The position numbers and the translations under genes were made by a program. Below the pieces are notes generated by a model that was given only the letters and a program-made list of their open reading frames with translations, was not told the origin of the DNA and searched no databases. DNA of 64,000 nucleotides from a virus, in IMG/VR virus record IMGVR_UViG_3300037225_000856, positions 1 to 64,000 of that record; one strand, given 5' to 3'. Shown here one piece after another: positions 49,196-59,472 of the stretch; position 1 is the stretch's first letter, and each line of letters starts with the position of its first letter.

Positions 49196-52100
49196 ATGGC
49201 AATAGTTTTAAACGATAACTTAAAAATTAATGTTGGTAATCCGATTGATTCTAAATATTTAAATTCTTTAAATCAACCATATACTGGTGTTACTGCTGTT
49301 AATACGGCAATAGTATTGTCACAAAGATATGTTGGTTTAACAGTTAATGTAAATAAAATAGAATATTGGTATAAAACAGGTGTTACTGATACTGCTTTAG
49401 TTGTTAAAGATAGTGGTATTGCAAATACCGGACTTACTATAGCAATTAATGGTTTAACAAAGGTTGGTAATGTTGTTAAATTAGGTGGTACATTAACTGG
49501 AGATACTACAATTAATTTAGCAACACATAATTTAAATTTAACTAATGGTAATTTAAATTTAACAAATGGCAATATACTATTAATAACAGGTAGTTCAATA
49601 CAATGGAGCGATGGTTCATATATTACAAATACTATTAATGGAATAAGTATAATTGATGATGATTTAATTGTTAGTGGTAATACAACAAGCGTTAAATTTA
49701 TTGAAAATGGTGTTTGTCTTGCAAATAAATATCTTGCAACTGGAGCAACAAGTGTTAATTCTAAAGCATTATGTGGTTGTATACCAAGTTGTTTTTTAGG
49801 TGCAAATTCTTGTGCAGTAGACAGTGCTAAATTAGGTAATAAATTACCAGCTTATTATCTTAATACTGGCACTACTATTATTTGTGCTTGTGATAGTGCT
49901 AAATTGAATAATAAATTACCTGCATATTATCTTAATACTGGTTCAACAGCTTTATGTGCTACTTGTGCAGGTAACGCTTCAACATTAGTCGGTTGTACAC
50001 CAAATTCATTTTTATTGTCTGGTGGTACAGCAGTAAATTCATCGAAATTAGGTAGTCATTTACCTGCATATTATCTTAATACAGGTAGTACAGCAATATG
50101 TGCAACAACAGCAATTAATTCAAAAGCATTATGTGGTTGTGTACCTGCAAGTTTTCTTCTTAGTGGTGGTACAGCTAAAAATTCATTATGTTTAGGCGGT
50201 AATTTAGCTAATACTTATGCATCACTTGCTTCACCTAATTTTACAACATGTATATGTACTCCCGTAATGTGTTCAACAGGTGTAGTTAAAGGAACAATAA
50301 TAAGTGGTTCAAGTTGTGTTGAATCACCAGTTATTCAATTAACAACAGGTGCTGGAGCAGGATGTGTTTTCACGTCAAATGCTACTGGTTGTGGTATTTG
50401 GTGTACTCCTGTTGCTGGTGGAATTCTATGGAGTGGTTCAACTGTTAATGGTGTTGGCACTTATTTGTCCGCATCAAAAATTTATTCAAATGTTAATATG
50501 ACATTTGATGGCACAAAATTGGGTGTAACTGGCAATATATGTGCAAGCACTTGCTTATGTTCTTCAATTACAATTGGTACATCATGTGTTTGCAGTCCTA
50601 TTATATTAGGTTCTAGTTGTGTATGTGGTTTTATTGTTTGTAGCAATACGTGTATTCTTGCAGGTACTTGTGTTACAGGTACAATTATGTGCGCATCTTC
50701 ATGTGTGAGAAGCCCATTAATTTCTGGTGGAACTGTTTGTGGTTTAACTGCTGTATGTGGTGGAATACATTGCGCAACTACTTGTTTTGCTGGTTCAGGT
50801 GCTGGTTTAACAGGCACTGCAGCCAGTTTAACTGTTGGTTGTGCGACTTGTGCTGTTGGAGCAAAAAATCTTTGTGGCTGTGTACCTACATCATTTTTAC
50901 TTAGTGGTGGTACTGCTGTATGTTCAACCTGTGCTGGCAATGCAAGTACCGTGGCTGGTTGTACTCCTTCATGTTTCTTGGGAGTAACCGCATGTGCTTG
51001 TGATTCGAAATGTTTAGGTGGTCATTTACCTGCATATTATCTCAATACTGGTAGTACTGCAATATGTGCAACTTGTGCAATAGGTGCTAAAAACCTTTGT
51101 GGTTGTGTTCCAGCATCGTTTTTACTTAGTGGTGGTACTGCAAAAAATAGTACTTGTTTAAACGGACAATTAGCAAGTTATTATGCACCAATAGCAAGTC
51201 CTAATTTTACAACTTGTATTTGCGCACCTATTGTTTGTGCAACTACTTGTTTTGTTGGTAGTGGTGCAGGTTTAACTGGCACTGCAGTTTCACTAAAAAG
51301 TAATGATTCTTGTTGTTTAAATGGAGTATTAGCTGCAGGTTATCTTTTATCTGGTGGTACAGCTAAAAATTCATTATGTTTAGGTGGTAAATTACCTGCA
51401 TATTACCTTAATACAGGTACTACAATTACTTGTGCAAATGATTCAGCAAAATTAAATAATAGATTACCAGCATATTATCTTAATACTGGCAGTACTGCAT
51501 TATGTGCAACTTGCGCTGGTAATGCATCAACATTAGTAGCTTGCACACCATCATGTTTTTTAGGTGCTACTGCTTGTGCAGTTGATAGTGCAAAATTGGG
51601 TAATAAATTACCTGCTTATTATCTTAATACTGGTAGTACAGCAATATGTGCAACAACTGCAGGAAATGCATTATGTTTAGGTGGTTCACTTGCTGCTTGT
51701 TATGCTACAAAAGCATTAGCAATTACTGGTGCTACAAGTTTAGGTAGTGGATGTGTTGTTTATTCAACAGTTGCTAATAATAACTTAAAATTTAAGTCAT
51801 TAAGTGGTGGAAGTGGTATTTCAATGAGCAGTACTGCAAATGTAATTAATATTTGTGGTATTGGTTGGTCAAATTTAACTAATGGTTCAACTGTTGTTGG
51901 TTGTGGAACAGTTGCAAGTGGCAACACATCTTTATGTAATACATTTATTGGTGTTTGTGCAGGTAAGAATATTAATATTGCTGGTTGTGATAATACTGGT
52001 ATTGGTTTTCAAGCACTTTACAGTAATACTTGTGGTTTTGGCAATGTTGCAATTGGTTTTCAAGCACTTCAAAGTAATATTAGTGGTCTTGGCAATGTTG

Positions 52101-53296
52101 CAAATGGTTATAAAGCACTTCAAAGTAATATTTGTGGTTATAGTAATATTGCAATTGGTACTAATGCACTTCAAGGTAATATTTGTGGTAGTTGTAATAT
52201 TGCAATTGGTCCTGATGCACTTTCTTGTAATAGTTGTGGTTCATATAATGTTGCAATAGGTACTGGTGCACTTGAAGCTAATTGTTGTGGTGGTTGTAAT
52301 GTTGCAATTGGTAATAGTGCACTTGAATTTAATATTAGTGGTGTTGGCAATGTTGCAAATGGTTTTCAAGCACTTTTGTATAATATAATTGGTTCTAATA
52401 ATATTGCAATAGGTTTTAATACACTTCGATGTAATGGAGAGTCTTGTAATAATATTGGAATAGGTTCTAATGCACTTTTTAATAATACTTGTGGTTATTG
52501 CCTTATTGCAATAGGTCATCAAGCATTATGCGGTAATATTTGTGGTTGTGATAATGTTGCTGTGGGATATCAGGCACTTTATTTTAATACTGGTGGTACT
52601 AATAATATTGCAATTGGTTCTCAAACACTTTATTGTAATATAATTGGTTGTGATAATATAGCAAATGGTGTTCAAGCACTTTATTTTAATACTGGTGGTA
52701 ATGATAATATAGCAAATGGTGTTCAAGCACTTTATAATAATATTTGTGGTTGTGATAATATAGCAAATGGTGTTCAAGCACTTTATAATAATACTTGTGG
52801 TAATGCTAATATTGCAAATGGTGTTCAAGCACTTTATAATAATACTTGTGGTAATGCTAATATTGCAAACGGTACTGCTGCACTTCTGAATAATACTTGT
52901 GGTAATGCTAATGTTGTTAATGGTCATTATGCACTTTATTGCAATACTCATGGTTCATATAATGTTGCAATAGGTTATCAAGCAGGGTATTCACAAGTTA
53001 CTGGTAGTACAAGTATATATATAGGTAATTGTGCTGGTTATAACGAAACCGATGGATGTAGACTTTATATTGCAAATTCAGGTACTGTTAATCCATTAAT
53101 TTATGGTGAATTTGATACTAAAAGATTAGTAATAAGTGGTACTACTGAAATTGTAAATGGTACTTGTAATTATTTATATTTAGGCAATAAAGACACTGAT
53201 GGCAGTTGGAGATTTGCAATAAGTGGAGGAACAGACTTCATTATTCAAAAAAGAATAGCAACGGTATGGACAACAAAATTATATGTGTTAGGATAA
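49196..53296 (+). CDS. Very cysteine-rich tail fibre-like protein, copy B (1366 aa)
   Basis: The N-terminus MAI.LNDNLKIN.G.PIDS.YL...RY.GLTVN....EYWYKTGV is shared with 43887; seven LPAYYLNTG repeats; a long 14-aa NIAIG repeat array. Confidence 0.75.
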   Translation: MAIVLNDNLKINVGNPIDSKYLNSLNQPYTGVTAVNTAIVLSQRYVGLTVNVNKIEYWYKTGVTDTALVVKDSGIANTGLTIAINGLTKVGNVVKLGGTLTGDTTINLATHNLNLTNGNLNLTNGNILLITGSSIQWSDGSYITNTINGISIIDDDLIVSGNTTSVKFIENGVCLANKYLATGATSVNSKALCGCIPSCFLGANSCAVDSAKLGNKLPAYYLNTGTTIICACDSAKLNNKLPAYYLNTGSTALCATCAGNASTLVGCTPNSFLLSGGTAVNSSKLGSHLPAYYLNTGSTAICATTAINSKALCGCVPASFLLSGGTAKNSLCLGGNLANTYASLASPNFTTCICTPVMCSTGVVKGTIISGSSCVESPVIQLTTGAGAGCVFTSNATGCGIWCTPVAGGILWSGSTVNGVGTYLSASKIYSNVNMTFDGTKLGVTGNICASTCLCSSITIGTSCVCSPIILGSSCVCGFIVCSNTCILAGTCVTGTIMCASSCVRSPLISGGTVCGLTAVCGGIHCATTCFAGSGAGLTGTAASLTVGCATCAVGAKNLCGCVPTSFLLSGGTAVCSTCAGNASTVAGCTPSCFLGVTACACDSKCLGGHLPAYYLNTGSTAICATCAIGAKNLCGCVPASFLLSGGTAKNSTCLNGQLASYYAPIASPNFTTCICAPIVCATTCFVGSGAGLTGTAVSLKSNDSCCLNGVLAAGYLLSGGTAKNSLCLGGKLPAYYLNTGTTITCANDSAKLNNRLPAYYLNTGSTALCATCAGNASTLVACTPSCFLGATACAVDSAKLGNKLPAYYLNTGSTAICATTAGNALCLGGSLAACYATKALAITGATSLGSGCVVYSTVANNNLKFKSLSGGSGISMSSTANVINICGIGWSNLTNGSTVVGCGTVASGNTSLCNTFIGVCAGKNINIAGCDNTGIGFQALYSNTCGFGNVAIGFQALQSNISGLGNVANGYKALQSNICGYSNIAIGTNALQGNICGSCNIAIGPDALSCNSCGSYNVAIGTGALEANCCGGCNVAIGNSALEFNISGVGNVANGFQALLYNIIGSNNIAIGFNTLRCNGESCNNIGIGSNALFNNTCGYCLIAIGHQALCGNICGCDNVAVGYQALYFNTGGTNNIAIGSQTLYCNIIGCDNIANGVQALYFNTGGNDNIANGVQALYNNICGCDNIANGVQALYNNTCGNANIANGVQALYNNTCGNANIANGTAALLNNTCGNANVVNGHYALYCNTHGSYNVAIGYQAGYSQVTGSTSIYIGNCAGYNETDGCRLYIANSGTVNPLIYGEFDTKRLVISGTTEIVNGTCNYLYLGNKDTDGSWRFAISGGTDFIIQKRIATVWTTKLYVLG
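49750..51690 (+). repeat. Dispersed coding repeats A.(D/N)S..LG..LPAYYLNTG and LCGC.P.SFLLSGG
   Basis: Seven LPAYYLNTG copies and several FLLSGGTA copies in the translation. Confidence 0.8.
51980..53040 (+). repeat. Coding 42-bp (14-aa) tandem repeats
   Basis: More than 20 copies of N(I/V)A(I/N)G..AL..N..G; near-identical NIANGVQALY copies around 52650-52850. Confidence 0.85.
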
Positions 53297-53460
53297 TATT
53301 ATAAATAAAAAAATAAAAATTTATTTGTTTATTCAATTTCTTTTTATATATTTGCATGAAATTAATTAAAAATAATTGAGATTTTTTGTAACCTTTTATA
53401 AAAATTTTTTGTATGAATATAAAACACTAGAATAAAAATTTTAAATAAACTTATAATAAA

Positions 53461-54519
53461 ATGAAAAAAAAATTAATTGCGTTTTTGGTTTTAATAATGT
53501 TTACAACAATAAGTTATGGACAACTTATTGCACCAAATGGAATAGAGATTGGTAAGAAAACAAGTCATACTATTTTAAAAACCGATTCTATTGCATTATC
53601 TGGAACACATACAGCTATTTCATATAAAGGTTCAGACACTCTTATGTATTATATTCCTTTTAATGATAGAGCTTATGATAATAATTCTTCTTCGAATTTA
53701 ATACCTGTACTTTCGTCTGATCCTGCAACAGGTAATGCTTACATAAATTCTGTTGATAATAAACTACATTATCTCTCTGGTGGTTATTGGCATCGTGTAG
53801 CTATTATTGATAGTACGGCAGCTTCAGCATCACCCTCTACTCTTTTAAATGAATTGGTTGGCTATTGGAAGTTTGATGAAACATCAGGAACAAATCTGGC
53901 AGATGCTACGGCAGGAGCACATAATGCTACCCTTGGAGCAGGTACAGTCAATCAGACAGGAAAAATTGGCAAAGCAGTCACATATAATAATACAGGCTAT
54001 GCCACAGTACCCTATGCAGCATTTTCTGCAATAACAGATAAAGAGACTATTTCTTTTTGGTTTTATCCAACTTCATTACCATCCACTGTTACAAGAAATG
54101 AATGGCTATTCACTCATGAAATTGCAGGGACAAGCGAAACATCAAGAGTTCTATGGAATAAAGATGATAATAAAATCTATGCGATATTTGATAACACATC
54201 AGACGTGACTTATCAGGTTAATAGTGCAGCAATAACAGGGCTCAGTCAATGGTACCACATAGTCGCTGTTTGTCCCGGTAATGGTCAGGCACTTAAACTT
54301 TATATCAATGATGTTGATGTTTCAACTTCACCCGGTACATTTTCCGGCACACTGAAAGTCTCAACTGCTCAGGCTATTATTGCCAATGATGATGCTAGTG
54401 ACAATTATGGGTTAGTAGGAACTTTGGACGAATTGGGGATATGGAGAAGGGCTTTGTCCGCTTCAGGGGTTGATTCAGTATATGTTAAAGAAAATACAGG
54501 AACAAGTTATCCATTTTAA
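53461..54519 (+). CDS. Signal-peptide protein with a LamG/concanavalin-like domain
   Basis: MKKKLIAFLVLIMFTTISYG-Q; LVGYWKFDE, TISFW, WYHIV, LYIN, G.LDELGIW.RALS. Preceded by TAtaTTTG at 53347. Confidence 0.8.
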   Translation: MKKKLIAFLVLIMFTTISYGQLIAPNGIEIGKKTSHTILKTDSIALSGTHTAISYKGSDTLMYYIPFNDRAYDNNSSSNLIPVLSSDPATGNAYINSVDNKLHYLSGGYWHRVAIIDSTAASASPSTLLNELVGYWKFDETSGTNLADATAGAHNATLGAGTVNQTGKIGKAVTYNNTGYATVPYAAFSAITDKETISFWFYPTSLPSTVTRNEWLFTHEIAGTSETSRVLWNKDDNKIYAIFDNTSDVTYQVNSAAITGLSQWYHIVAVCPGNGQALKLYINDVDVSTSPGTFSGTLKVSTAQAIIANDDASDNYGLVGTLDELGIWRRALSASGVDSVYVKENTGTSYPF

Positions 54520-54530
54520 AATATATAGTC

Positions 54531-56372
54531 ATGAAAAAAATATTAATGTTATTTTGTTTTTTAGTTTTCACTTCTTCGCTATTCAGTCAGGCTTGGACAT
54601 TTCCGGGATGGCAACCATATAAGGTAAAGCAGTATTTTGGAGATAGTGTTTATGTTGCAAAGGATATTAGGACACCTTCTGGTTATGTGCAGACACAGTT
54701 AAATACTTTGCAAGATAGCATAGCAGCACTTAGGACATCTATTATATCATTACAAGCAGCTTCATCACCCTCTTATCCTACATATTACATAGCTAATGCA
54801 GGTTCGGATGGGGCAGATGGGTTAACACCTGCAACACCTTGGCAGACAATAGCAAAAATAAATAGTGCAATGGCATCATTAGTTCCCGGATCAAAAGTTT
54901 ATTTTAATCGTGGGGATCAGTGGAGAGAACAACTTACTATAACACAAAATGGTTCAGCAACGAATCCGATTACCTTTACAGCTTACGGAACAGGGGCAAA
55001 GCCCAAGATTAACGCCGCCGATATTAAGACAGGATGGGGTCATAAATATCATCAATATTCAAATATCTGGGGAATAGTCTGTCCTAATGTTACTCCTGCA
55101 AGGTGTATGGTAGTTATTAATGGGATACTTTTCACGCAGACTACTTCGGTGGCGGCATTGAGTTCAGGTAAATATTTCATCAAGGTAGGTACTCCTGATA
55201 GTGTCTATGTTTGTTCAGCTACCGATCCTTCTACGGTGACATCTGAAGTATCGGCAAGGGATTATGGTATTTATTCAACAAAAAAATATCTTACTATTTC
55301 TTATCTGGATGTAAGAATGGCGGGAAGTAAGGGGATATTACTTGAAGGCTCAGGTGTAGAAGTGGATGGATATTCGCTCATTGATAGTTGCAATGTTTAT
55401 CGTAACAGACTTGCCGGAATTGGTCTTTATGACGGATATAGTTATTCTACAATACAGAGATGTACAGGTACGTATAATGGTAATACGTTTATCTCATGGG
55501 GTAATCAAATTGGTGGTGAAGGAACAGGAGGGGTAGGTAGTGATTATAATACAATTAAGAATTGTTATTCTGCTTATTCTATACACGATTATGCTATAGC
55601 GGGACAATATTCAGATGGAACTGCTTATCAGACATTTAATTCTAATGGTGATGTTATTCAAAACAATGAAAGTGGTCATGATGCAGAGGGTATATTTCTT
55701 GATCCCCATACAAAAGGTAGTACAACGGTGACTTGTAGATACAATTACGTTCATGATTGTAATACCACAACAGCCAGTCAAGCTATTGGAATTGGTACTT
55801 CTGGGACGGGTGATGTTTTCAATATTTATTATAATCTAGTTGTTAACTGTGGTAACTCAGGAGGAGCCTACGCACCGATTATGTTTGCGAATACAATTGG
55901 AGGCCATGTATATTTTTATAATAACACTGTTTATAATAATGGGGTTGCAGTTATACTTACACAACTTTTTGCAGTACATGGCACGAATATAACAATGAAG
56001 AATAATATATTCTATTTTTCGACAGCTTCAGATAGCTATTATTTCAACTGGGAAATCAGTAGTACTGGATTCTGGACAAGTGATTATAATCAAGTATATA
56101 AATCTACAGGAGGTACTGCTGTATATGCTTATGCTCAATACAACGGAGGAGCACCTTATACTACTTTTGCAGCATGGAAATCAGCAAGCAGTCAGGATGC
56201 TCATAGTGGCTATGTCGACCCATTATTTACTACGACTGGATCAGATTTTACCCTACAGACAGGTTCACCTTGTAAGAATACAGGAACAGTTATTGCAACT
56301 ATCCCACAAGTAGATATTTTAGGCAATCCAATAGTCGGGTTGCCGGACATGGGATGTTATGAACATCAATAA
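54531..56372 (+). CDS. Signal-peptide parallel beta-helix (pectin lyase-like) protein
   Basis: MKKILMLFCFLVFTSSLFS-Q; TYYIA..GSD..DG...PWQTI, FNRGD.W, G...NPITFTAYG.GAKP, DPLF...DF.LQ.GSP, PDMGCYE motifs. Confidence 0.8.
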   Translation: MKKILMLFCFLVFTSSLFSQAWTFPGWQPYKVKQYFGDSVYVAKDIRTPSGYVQTQLNTLQDSIAALRTSIISLQAASSPSYPTYYIANAGSDGADGLTPATPWQTIAKINSAMASLVPGSKVYFNRGDQWREQLTITQNGSATNPITFTAYGTGAKPKINAADIKTGWGHKYHQYSNIWGIVCPNVTPARCMVVINGILFTQTTSVAALSSGKYFIKVGTPDSVYVCSATDPSTVTSEVSARDYGIYSTKKYLTISYLDVRMAGSKGILLEGSGVEVDGYSLIDSCNVYRNRLAGIGLYDGYSYSTIQRCTGTYNGNTFISWGNQIGGEGTGGVGSDYNTIKNCYSAYSIHDYAIAGQYSDGTAYQTFNSNGDVIQNNESGHDAEGIFLDPHTKGSTTVTCRYNYVHDCNTTTASQAIGIGTSGTGDVFNIYYNLVVNCGNSGGAYAPIMFANTIGGHVYFYNNTVYNNGVAVILTQLFAVHGTNITMKNNIFYFSTASDSYYFNWEISSTGFWTSDYNQVYKSTGGTAVYAYAQYNGGAPYTTFAAWKSASSQDAHSGYVDPLFTTTGSDFTLQTGSPCKNTGTVIATIPQVDILGNPIVGLPDMGCYEHQ

Positions 56373-56380
56373 AAATTAGT

Positions 56381-59113
56381 ATGAAAAGACTACTTATTTT
56401 ATTAACATTTTTGATAGTCACCCTGACACTTCAGGCAACAACATATTATGTCAAAGCAGGGGGTAATGATAATGCCAATGGCACATCAACAGGCACTGCA
56501 TGGGGGCATTGCCCGGGGCTGACAGGGTGGACGGGTACTGTAACACTTGCAGCAGGAGATAATATACTATTCAATCGTGGTGACTCGTGGTATGGCACTC
56601 TGACAATTTCACAATCTGGAACATCAGGAAGTCGTATTACCTTTGGTGCTTATGGCTCAGGTGCAAAACCGATAATAACAGGATTCACGACTATATCAGG
56701 TTGGTCGAATAATGGAGGTGGTATATATTCCAAAGCAGTTACTTGCACATCTGTACCGACTAACATGGTTACTGTGAATGGTGTTAATACAGGGAAAGGC
56801 AGATACCCGAAAGAAGGAAACTGGTTGACTAATACTACTGTAGGCATGGGTTATATTACAGATAATAGTTTACCCGCTTCTCCTAACTGGACAGGTGCAA
56901 ATATATTTCTGAAAACAGAAGGTTATAGATGGAATCATGGTACAATTACCAGTCAGCCAACACACCAAATTAATTATACTCAACAGGGTGGAGATGATAG
57001 TTGGTGTGGAGGAAATAGTTATGCTGGGTGGGGATATTTCATAGATAATTCACTTTTGACACTTGGCACAGTTAATGGTGTTGCTCCGCAATTAGGAGAA
57101 TGGTTTCATGACGGCACTACTTTTTATATGTATTTTGGTGCGGTTGATCCCACGACAAAAATTGTTAATGTAGCGACATTGGATAATGCAGTAGTTTGCG
57201 CACAATCTTATATTACTATTGATAATATAAGTTTCTTAGGATATAATGGAGATCATACATATTATAATAAATCAGCCGTACAACTGGGAGGATCAAGTTA
57301 TGTTTCTGTTACTAACTGTGAGATAGGATTTATAGGAGCTGGTGGAACATTTCCGGGTGATTATGCAACTTATGATAATTGTTGGATTCATGATATTAAT
57401 GGTACTGCAATTCTTGGTCAGGCTTATAATTATCTTACTTTAACAAATAGTATCATTGAAAATATAGGTTTGATTTATAGTATGACAGGTGGATGGTATT
57501 CACGTGGGATGGCATCTAATATTACCACTGGTACACACGCTTTGATTCAATATAATATTTTCAGACATATTGGCAGTGTTGGTGCATATATACAGGGAGG
57601 TGCTTATAATGTAGTTGATAAAAATTTATTTGATGATTGTGTCAGTAGGGCTTTTGATTCTGGTTGTATTTATGTGAATGGGAATAGTACGGGACGAGTC
57701 ATATCAAATAATATCTGCATAAATACGCAAGGCAGCATGGAAGGCATATCCGGAACATGGGCAACGTCATTCTGGACAACGGCTGAAGCTATTTATTGTG
57801 ATTATCCAAATACAGGGATAACACTCACAGGGAATACATGCGTGAATACAGTACATGGGTCTGGTATTAAGCTGCATAATTCACATGACATGTCAGTATC
57901 AAATAATCTACTATATAGTAACTATATGGATGTTCAATATCTGGAAGATCAGTCCGATAATCCAATAAGAAATCTTAGTTTAAGTAATAATAAGATTATT
58001 GCTCAACGTGCCGGACAGATGTTAATAGCTGCTTATAGTAACACTGATGATATTCCTTCATTTGGACTTACAACGGCTTCCGGTAATATATACGGGAGAC
58101 CTGTTGATGATGGGGTGGATCAGGATTTTTATACTTCCGAACCAACAGCAGGACATAATTACAGGACTTATGCCTATTGGCTTTCAAGATCAGGAGAGAC
58201 AGGTTCTACATTCTCATCCGTTTCAACATCAAGTATGAATAATATTCACTTCATTTATAATGCAACAAAATCAGGTGTCAATTATACTTTATCTGCTGAA
58301 ATGGTTGATATTGCAAATACAGCATATTCTGGAACAATAACACTGCCATCTTATTCTTCATTGGTTCTTGTTGGGGCAGGGACGGTTACTCCAGCAGGAA
58401 GTCCTACTTTTCCAACAGTTACAACTACAGTTATTACAAATATAACAAATACAAATGCTCAGAGTGGAGGCACAATAATTAATGATGGCGGGGCAACAGT
58501 AACTTATGCTGGAATTATATGGAGTAATGTTATTGGATCAACAATTGATGATTTGCCCGATGCACCTTATGGTGGAATTTCCAATGTATATACTTATCCG
58601 TATGAAGTTACTAATCCATTTGTGGCAACTACAGGCATTGTTTTAGCTCCTAATACCACATATTATTTGAAGGCTTATGCTACAAACAGCGCAGGTACTG
58701 CTTACGGGGCAGATGTGCAATTTACAACACTGACTAATTCTGCTATACCAACAATAACAACTACTGCAATTTTTAATATTACTCAAACTACAGCGTCTAG
58801 CGGAGGTAATCTGACCTCTGATGGAGGCGCAAGCGTGACCTCAAGAGGAGTATGTTGGAACACCTCTGCAAATCCGACAATAGCAAATAATAATACATCC
58901 GATGGCACGGGCACAGGTTCATTCACAAGTTCAATAACTGGATTAACAACAAATACTACTTATCATGTAAGAGCTTATGCAACAAATAGTATTGGCACGG
59001 CTTATGGGAATGAATTACAATTTACCACTGCTACTGTCACCTCAATTCATGTAATATTTTCAGGCGGTAAACCAGTGTATTCTGGCACAAAAATAATAGT
59101 TATAGTTCAGTAA
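56381..59113 (+). CDS. Signal-peptide beta-helix protein with two C-terminal FN3-like domains
   Basis: MKRLLILLTFLIVTLTLQA-TTYYV; FNRGDSW, ITFGAYGSGAKP; two SGG...DGGA.VT...TTY...AYATNS.GTAYG...FTT units. Confidence 0.8.
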   Translation: MKRLLILLTFLIVTLTLQATTYYVKAGGNDNANGTSTGTAWGHCPGLTGWTGTVTLAAGDNILFNRGDSWYGTLTISQSGTSGSRITFGAYGSGAKPIITGFTTISGWSNNGGGIYSKAVTCTSVPTNMVTVNGVNTGKGRYPKEGNWLTNTTVGMGYITDNSLPASPNWTGANIFLKTEGYRWNHGTITSQPTHQINYTQQGGDDSWCGGNSYAGWGYFIDNSLLTLGTVNGVAPQLGEWFHDGTTFYMYFGAVDPTTKIVNVATLDNAVVCAQSYITIDNISFLGYNGDHTYYNKSAVQLGGSSYVSVTNCEIGFIGAGGTFPGDYATYDNCWIHDINGTAILGQAYNYLTLTNSIIENIGLIYSMTGGWYSRGMASNITTGTHALIQYNIFRHIGSVGAYIQGGAYNVVDKNLFDDCVSRAFDSGCIYVNGNSTGRVISNNICINTQGSMEGISGTWATSFWTTAEAIYCDYPNTGITLTGNTCVNTVHGSGIKLHNSHDMSVSNNLLYSNYMDVQYLEDQSDNPIRNLSLSNNKIIAQRAGQMLIAAYSNTDDIPSFGLTTASGNIYGRPVDDGVDQDFYTSEPTAGHNYRTYAYWLSRSGETGSTFSSVSTSSMNNIHFIYNATKSGVNYTLSAEMVDIANTAYSGTITLPSYSSLVLVGAGTVTPAGSPTFPTVTTTVITNITNTNAQSGGTIINDGGATVTYAGIIWSNVIGSTIDDLPDAPYGGISNVYTYPYEVTNPFVATTGIVLAPNTTYYLKAYATNSAGTAYGADVQFTTLTNSAIPTITTTAIFNITQTTASSGGNLTSDGGASVTSRGVCWNTSANPTIANNNTSDGTGTGSFTSSITGLTTNTTYHVRAYATNSIGTAYGNELQFTTATVTSIHVIFSGGKPVYSGTKIIVIVQ

Positions 59114-59148
59114 TAATAATTATAGTTCACTAATAATATTATAATTCA

Positions 59149-59418
59149 GTGAAAAAAATATTAATAATATTATTTTTTGTTTTTATTAGTATTTCAATGC
59201 AAAGAAATACTTCTAATGGTATAAAAATTTATCCTAATCCCATGCATGATCACTTTACAGCTTCTGTTGAAGAAGGTGCATTACCTCCAGTAATAAGAAT
59301 GTATGATATCTCTGGCAAAATTGTTTTAATGAAAAATATAGGAAAATATCTTTCAATTGTAGAAATTTCTTTTAATTTAAAACCGGGTACATATATCGTT
59401 GCTTTTGATGATAATTAA
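59149..59418 (+). CDS. Stand-alone T9SS type A C-terminal sorting domain with a signal peptide
   Basis: Hydrophobic N-terminus, then IKIYPNP, MYDISGKIV and LKPGTYIV. Confidence 0.7.
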   Translation: MKKILIILFFVFISISMQRNTSNGIKIYPNPMHDHFTASVEEGALPPVIRMYDISGKIVLMKNIGKYLSIVEISFNLKPGTYIVAFDDN

Positions 59419-59472
59419 TTTTTGAAAGTAAAATTTTCATAAAATATAAGTATTTATATAAAATATAATATT

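Noticed and set aside
45808-52951. Alternative-frame and antisense ORFs (45808, 50482, 50650, 51882, 51932, 52241, 52526)
   Set aside because: Shadow ORFs produced by the repetitive, codon-biased fibre genes.
45712-53040. 42-bp periodic repeats as a CRISPR array
   Set aside because: They are in-frame, degenerate at codon third positions and lack unique spacers; no cas genes are present.
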